Source of the DNA: Ramazzottius varieornatus
Lineage: Eukaryota > Animalia > Tardigrada
NCBI GenBank assembly: GCA_001949185.1
Contig: BDGG01000002.1
Coordinates: 4,020,448 to 4,084,447, forward strand
DNA length: 64,000 nucleotides
Direction: 5' to 3'
Shown: in pieces, positions 61,655 to 64,000 of the stretch
How positions within the stretch are numbered: position 1 is the first letter of the stretch
Layout: every line of letters begins with the position of its first letter
The notes under the pieces: model-generated
Told to the model about the DNA's origin: nothing
Seen by the model: only the letters and a program-made list of their open reading frames with translations
Databases searched by the model: none
Position numbers and translations under genes: made by a program

Positions 61655-62028
61655 ATGGATCATTCGGCTTTGCTTATCGTAACTATTTTCTGCGGGTCCT
61701 TCGCGATCAATTTGTGCCGACAGGAGGGACGCAGATCCTCCTTCAACGGCTTGGATATTGCGCCGCTAGCCGAGACAAGCGGTAAATTTCATTTTCACTT
61801 GTGGGCAAGTCGTGAATCTGTTCATTGTCGTCTGTTATGGTTAGGTTTCATTGTCTAGACTCTGTTGTGATTCGGACAAAGCGGCAGTGGGACAAGTACG
61901 GTGTGGAAGGCGGGCTGCGGGGAATGTTGTGGGGACTGATTCTTGGGGGACTGTTTCACGCACCGGCGCCGCCAGCCGGAGGAGGAGGAGGAAAAGAGGG
62001 AGGCGACAAGGGAGGAGCTCCAGGATAG
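61655..62028 (+). CDS. Secreted prepropeptide 2 (paralog of prepropeptide 1)
   Basis: Exons 61655-61781 and 61859-62028 with the same phase-1 intron: MDHSALLIVTIFCGSFAINLC...DSVVIRTKR|QWDKYGVEGGLRGMLWGLILGGLFHAPAPPAGGGGGKEGGDKGGAPG*. Confidence 0.85.
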
Positions 62029-62427
62029 GCCTCAAAACCATTCAGCAACCAAAACATCTGACCGTAAATTATTATCTTCTTTTCTAAACCCCACGTTTCA
62101 GAATTATGCGGAGACGCTCGAGTTCAATCTGCAGATTGCAAGAGAATCTGAATTTTACTCCTGTCTGAGAGTAGAATAGTGAACGACTGTTAAAAACCCC
62201 TCGGATGTGCTTGGTGGTTTATGGTGAGCTGCGGGTGTTAGTCGAGAGGTACCTCCGAACTGAGTGACGGCTGACGGAGCTCCTCGCATTGGTTTCTGCC
62301 GTAGCCGGAATATCCGGACGAATTCCGAAGTCGATCACGATCATGTCATGCGTCACTAGTCGAGCAAACTGGTATGTCGCGCCTGACGTTACTGTGGCCA
62401 GTTACGTAATCATTCCATGAGGCTCTG

Positions 62428-62625
62428 CAAGCGCGCGCCGGACAGTACTCACGTCATTGGGAGACGAGAGTACTGTCCGGTACTTTTTCTGGCGAAAATA
62501 GGCCAAAATATTGGACTTTGGTAGACGAAAGAAGGCGCACCCCTAGCTGGGAGACGAGATTTTGGGGAGACTTCCGTGGCCACATACTTTGGGAGACGAG
62601 ATTTAGGGTGCCCGGCTCGCGCTTG
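62428..62625. mobile_element. 198-bp non-autonomous DNA transposon with an 8-bp target-site duplication (hAT/P-like)
   Basis: TSD AGGCTCTG at 62420-62427 and 62626-62633; TIR CAAGCGCGCGCCGGACA and TGCCCGGCTCGCGCTTG; three internal TGGGAGACGAGA repeats. Confidence 0.8.
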
Positions 62626-63509
62626 AGGCTCTGCATTCATGCATTCATCGCCTCAGAATCGATGGGGACACTAGAAGGCTCCTGATGGTCTCCTGCACAG
62701 CAAGCACAGTATAATGACTATGCAGTCTTTGGTAGCTTCTGGGTACTTCGGTGCGGCTCATAATCCTATCGTTTCCTGTCTGGATCAAACACGAAGTCTG
62801 CGCATGTCGGGACGTTCCTCTAAGTGAGCCACTTGTGTCTTCTCCTTTGGCAGATACTTGTAGGCATCAGAAATGACCTCACGGCTCATTGAGCTAGCTG
62901 TGAGCGTCCGCGGATCAGTAGTCAAACAAAAACGCTATAGCGAGCCTGATCATCGACCATGCCGAACAGTGCGGCCACCGTAGAGCTCCCTCGTCGCTTT
63001 TCACTTACCGGCAGATCTTTGCTTGTAGATCTCCGCACGAGAAGATCCGCAAATATGGGTCAACACTTCTCACTCGACACGTTTGTTTGCGACACATACC
63101 AGAGCACCGCAATGGCGTTGATGCGGCAGATGAGCCGCTAGTCGCCCTCCTCCCACGAACGTTGTACATCTTCGCGGGCTCACCTTCGCTCACCATAACT
63201 GTAGGGTGTATATGCCTCTCCGCTAGACCACTTGATCTACTCTCAATCAGTCAAACGTCGTGAAAGTGAAATAAAAAAACCGAATGTCGGTGAGTGTGGC
63301 AACATTAGCGTAGCCTCATTGTCCGCCATAATGAGATCATGGATGTACGATGAGCCGGCGATCCGTTTTTGTAGAGTACAATCATTATTAACGGCATGCT
63401 GTTGCATCCATCGCACTCGACGGATCGTTGCTCCTATTGAATTTCATCTTCATGCCACACTTTATTGAGTGTGGCGTTTAATTACGCCTATGTCAGATGT
63501 ATTTCGTGA

Positions 63510-63592
63510 AATGGAGCTGGGCAGACAAAACGTGCAGGATCGTCACCTCAAGTGGCGTACGTTCCCGTTTTACTAAGCGGAAAGGTGCGCCA
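63510..63592. mobile_element. Family A element, partial; host context unassigned
   Basis: GGATCGTCACCTCAAGTGGCGTACGTTCCCG...GGTGCGCCAC. Confidence 0.55.
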
Positions 63593-64000
63593 CGCTACCG
63601 AGCTGCCAAATGAATGGGGCTTGAAGTTCTCAACCCGCGAGCTCTGCTGGCATTCTTCACAATCAAACCTAAAGTACCTGCCAGATTTAAACTGCTAAGA
63701 AAGTGTTTATAGCGTCACGGCTAATTAACACTTGACGTAACGCTTTAATCGGTTGTTTGCAATTACTCTCAAAGGTGTGATACGCAACGTAATCAGCACA
63801 TCTCTTCCTGATAAACGCAGAGAATGTCGGTGCCATTAAGTGTCTTTATCGTAACGCAGTTCAGGTGTGAACTTAGCGCTATTTCTGGACGTGCCTGTCT
63901 TAATCTAACATTTGTTGACTCGGGAACCTTTATCGTACAAGGACAGCACGACCGAACGCCGCTGCGCCAGGCTGCGGCCTAATCGCATAAGACTCCCAGC

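Noticed and set aside
62880-63470. Possible minus-strand exon ending at a GTAAGT donor near 63007
   Set aside because: Reading frame and flanking exons could not be established.
1-64000. Prokaryotic systems (CRISPR arrays, operons, defence islands), rRNA or tRNA genes
   Set aside because: The DNA is spliced eukaryotic sequence. The recurring palindromes are dispersed, not repeat-spacer arrays, and I recognised no rRNA or tRNA structure.
1-64000. Known tardigrade tolerance genes (CAHS, SAHS, MAHS, Dsup)
   Set aside because: No translated segment shows their motifs, and the host identity is itself only inferred.

Overview
This is gene-dense eukaryotic (animal) DNA with many short GT-AG introns, so most ORF-track entries are exon fragments or antisense shadows. 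The compact layout, moderate GC and an HR3-type nuclear receptor suggest a small-genome ecdysozoan such as a tardigrade (inference only). Recognisable genes, left to right: the 3' part of nuclear receptor HR3; two tandem Pro-rich membrane microproteins; an orphan Ser-rich/coiled-coil gene; a DHDH-like pseudogene; a microbial-type Zn-dependent (formaldehyde-dehydrogenase-like) dehydrogenase; TMEM267; a 3-beta-HSD-family SDR; a third 52-aa microprotein; PUS3; a G-patch+dsRBD SON-like gene; NRDE2; DCP2; galactose mutarotase; a divergent TTC30/IFT70-like TPR gene; a tandem array of four PR/SET-C2H2 (PRDM10/15-like) genes interleaved with two decayed BTB-BACK genes; a four-TM orphan; and two tandem secreted prepropeptide genes. 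The most notable observations are: (1) an 11-copy palindromic element family, 10 copies of which lie inside introns; (2) the PRDM/BTB birth-and-death array, with divergence focused on two zinc fingers; (3) a three-member HxxH/Cys membrane microprotein family that the ORF track misses; (4) furin-processed glycine-zipper peptides; and (5) a likely horizontally acquired dehydrogenase. All family calls come from recognising motifs by eye; no searches were run.
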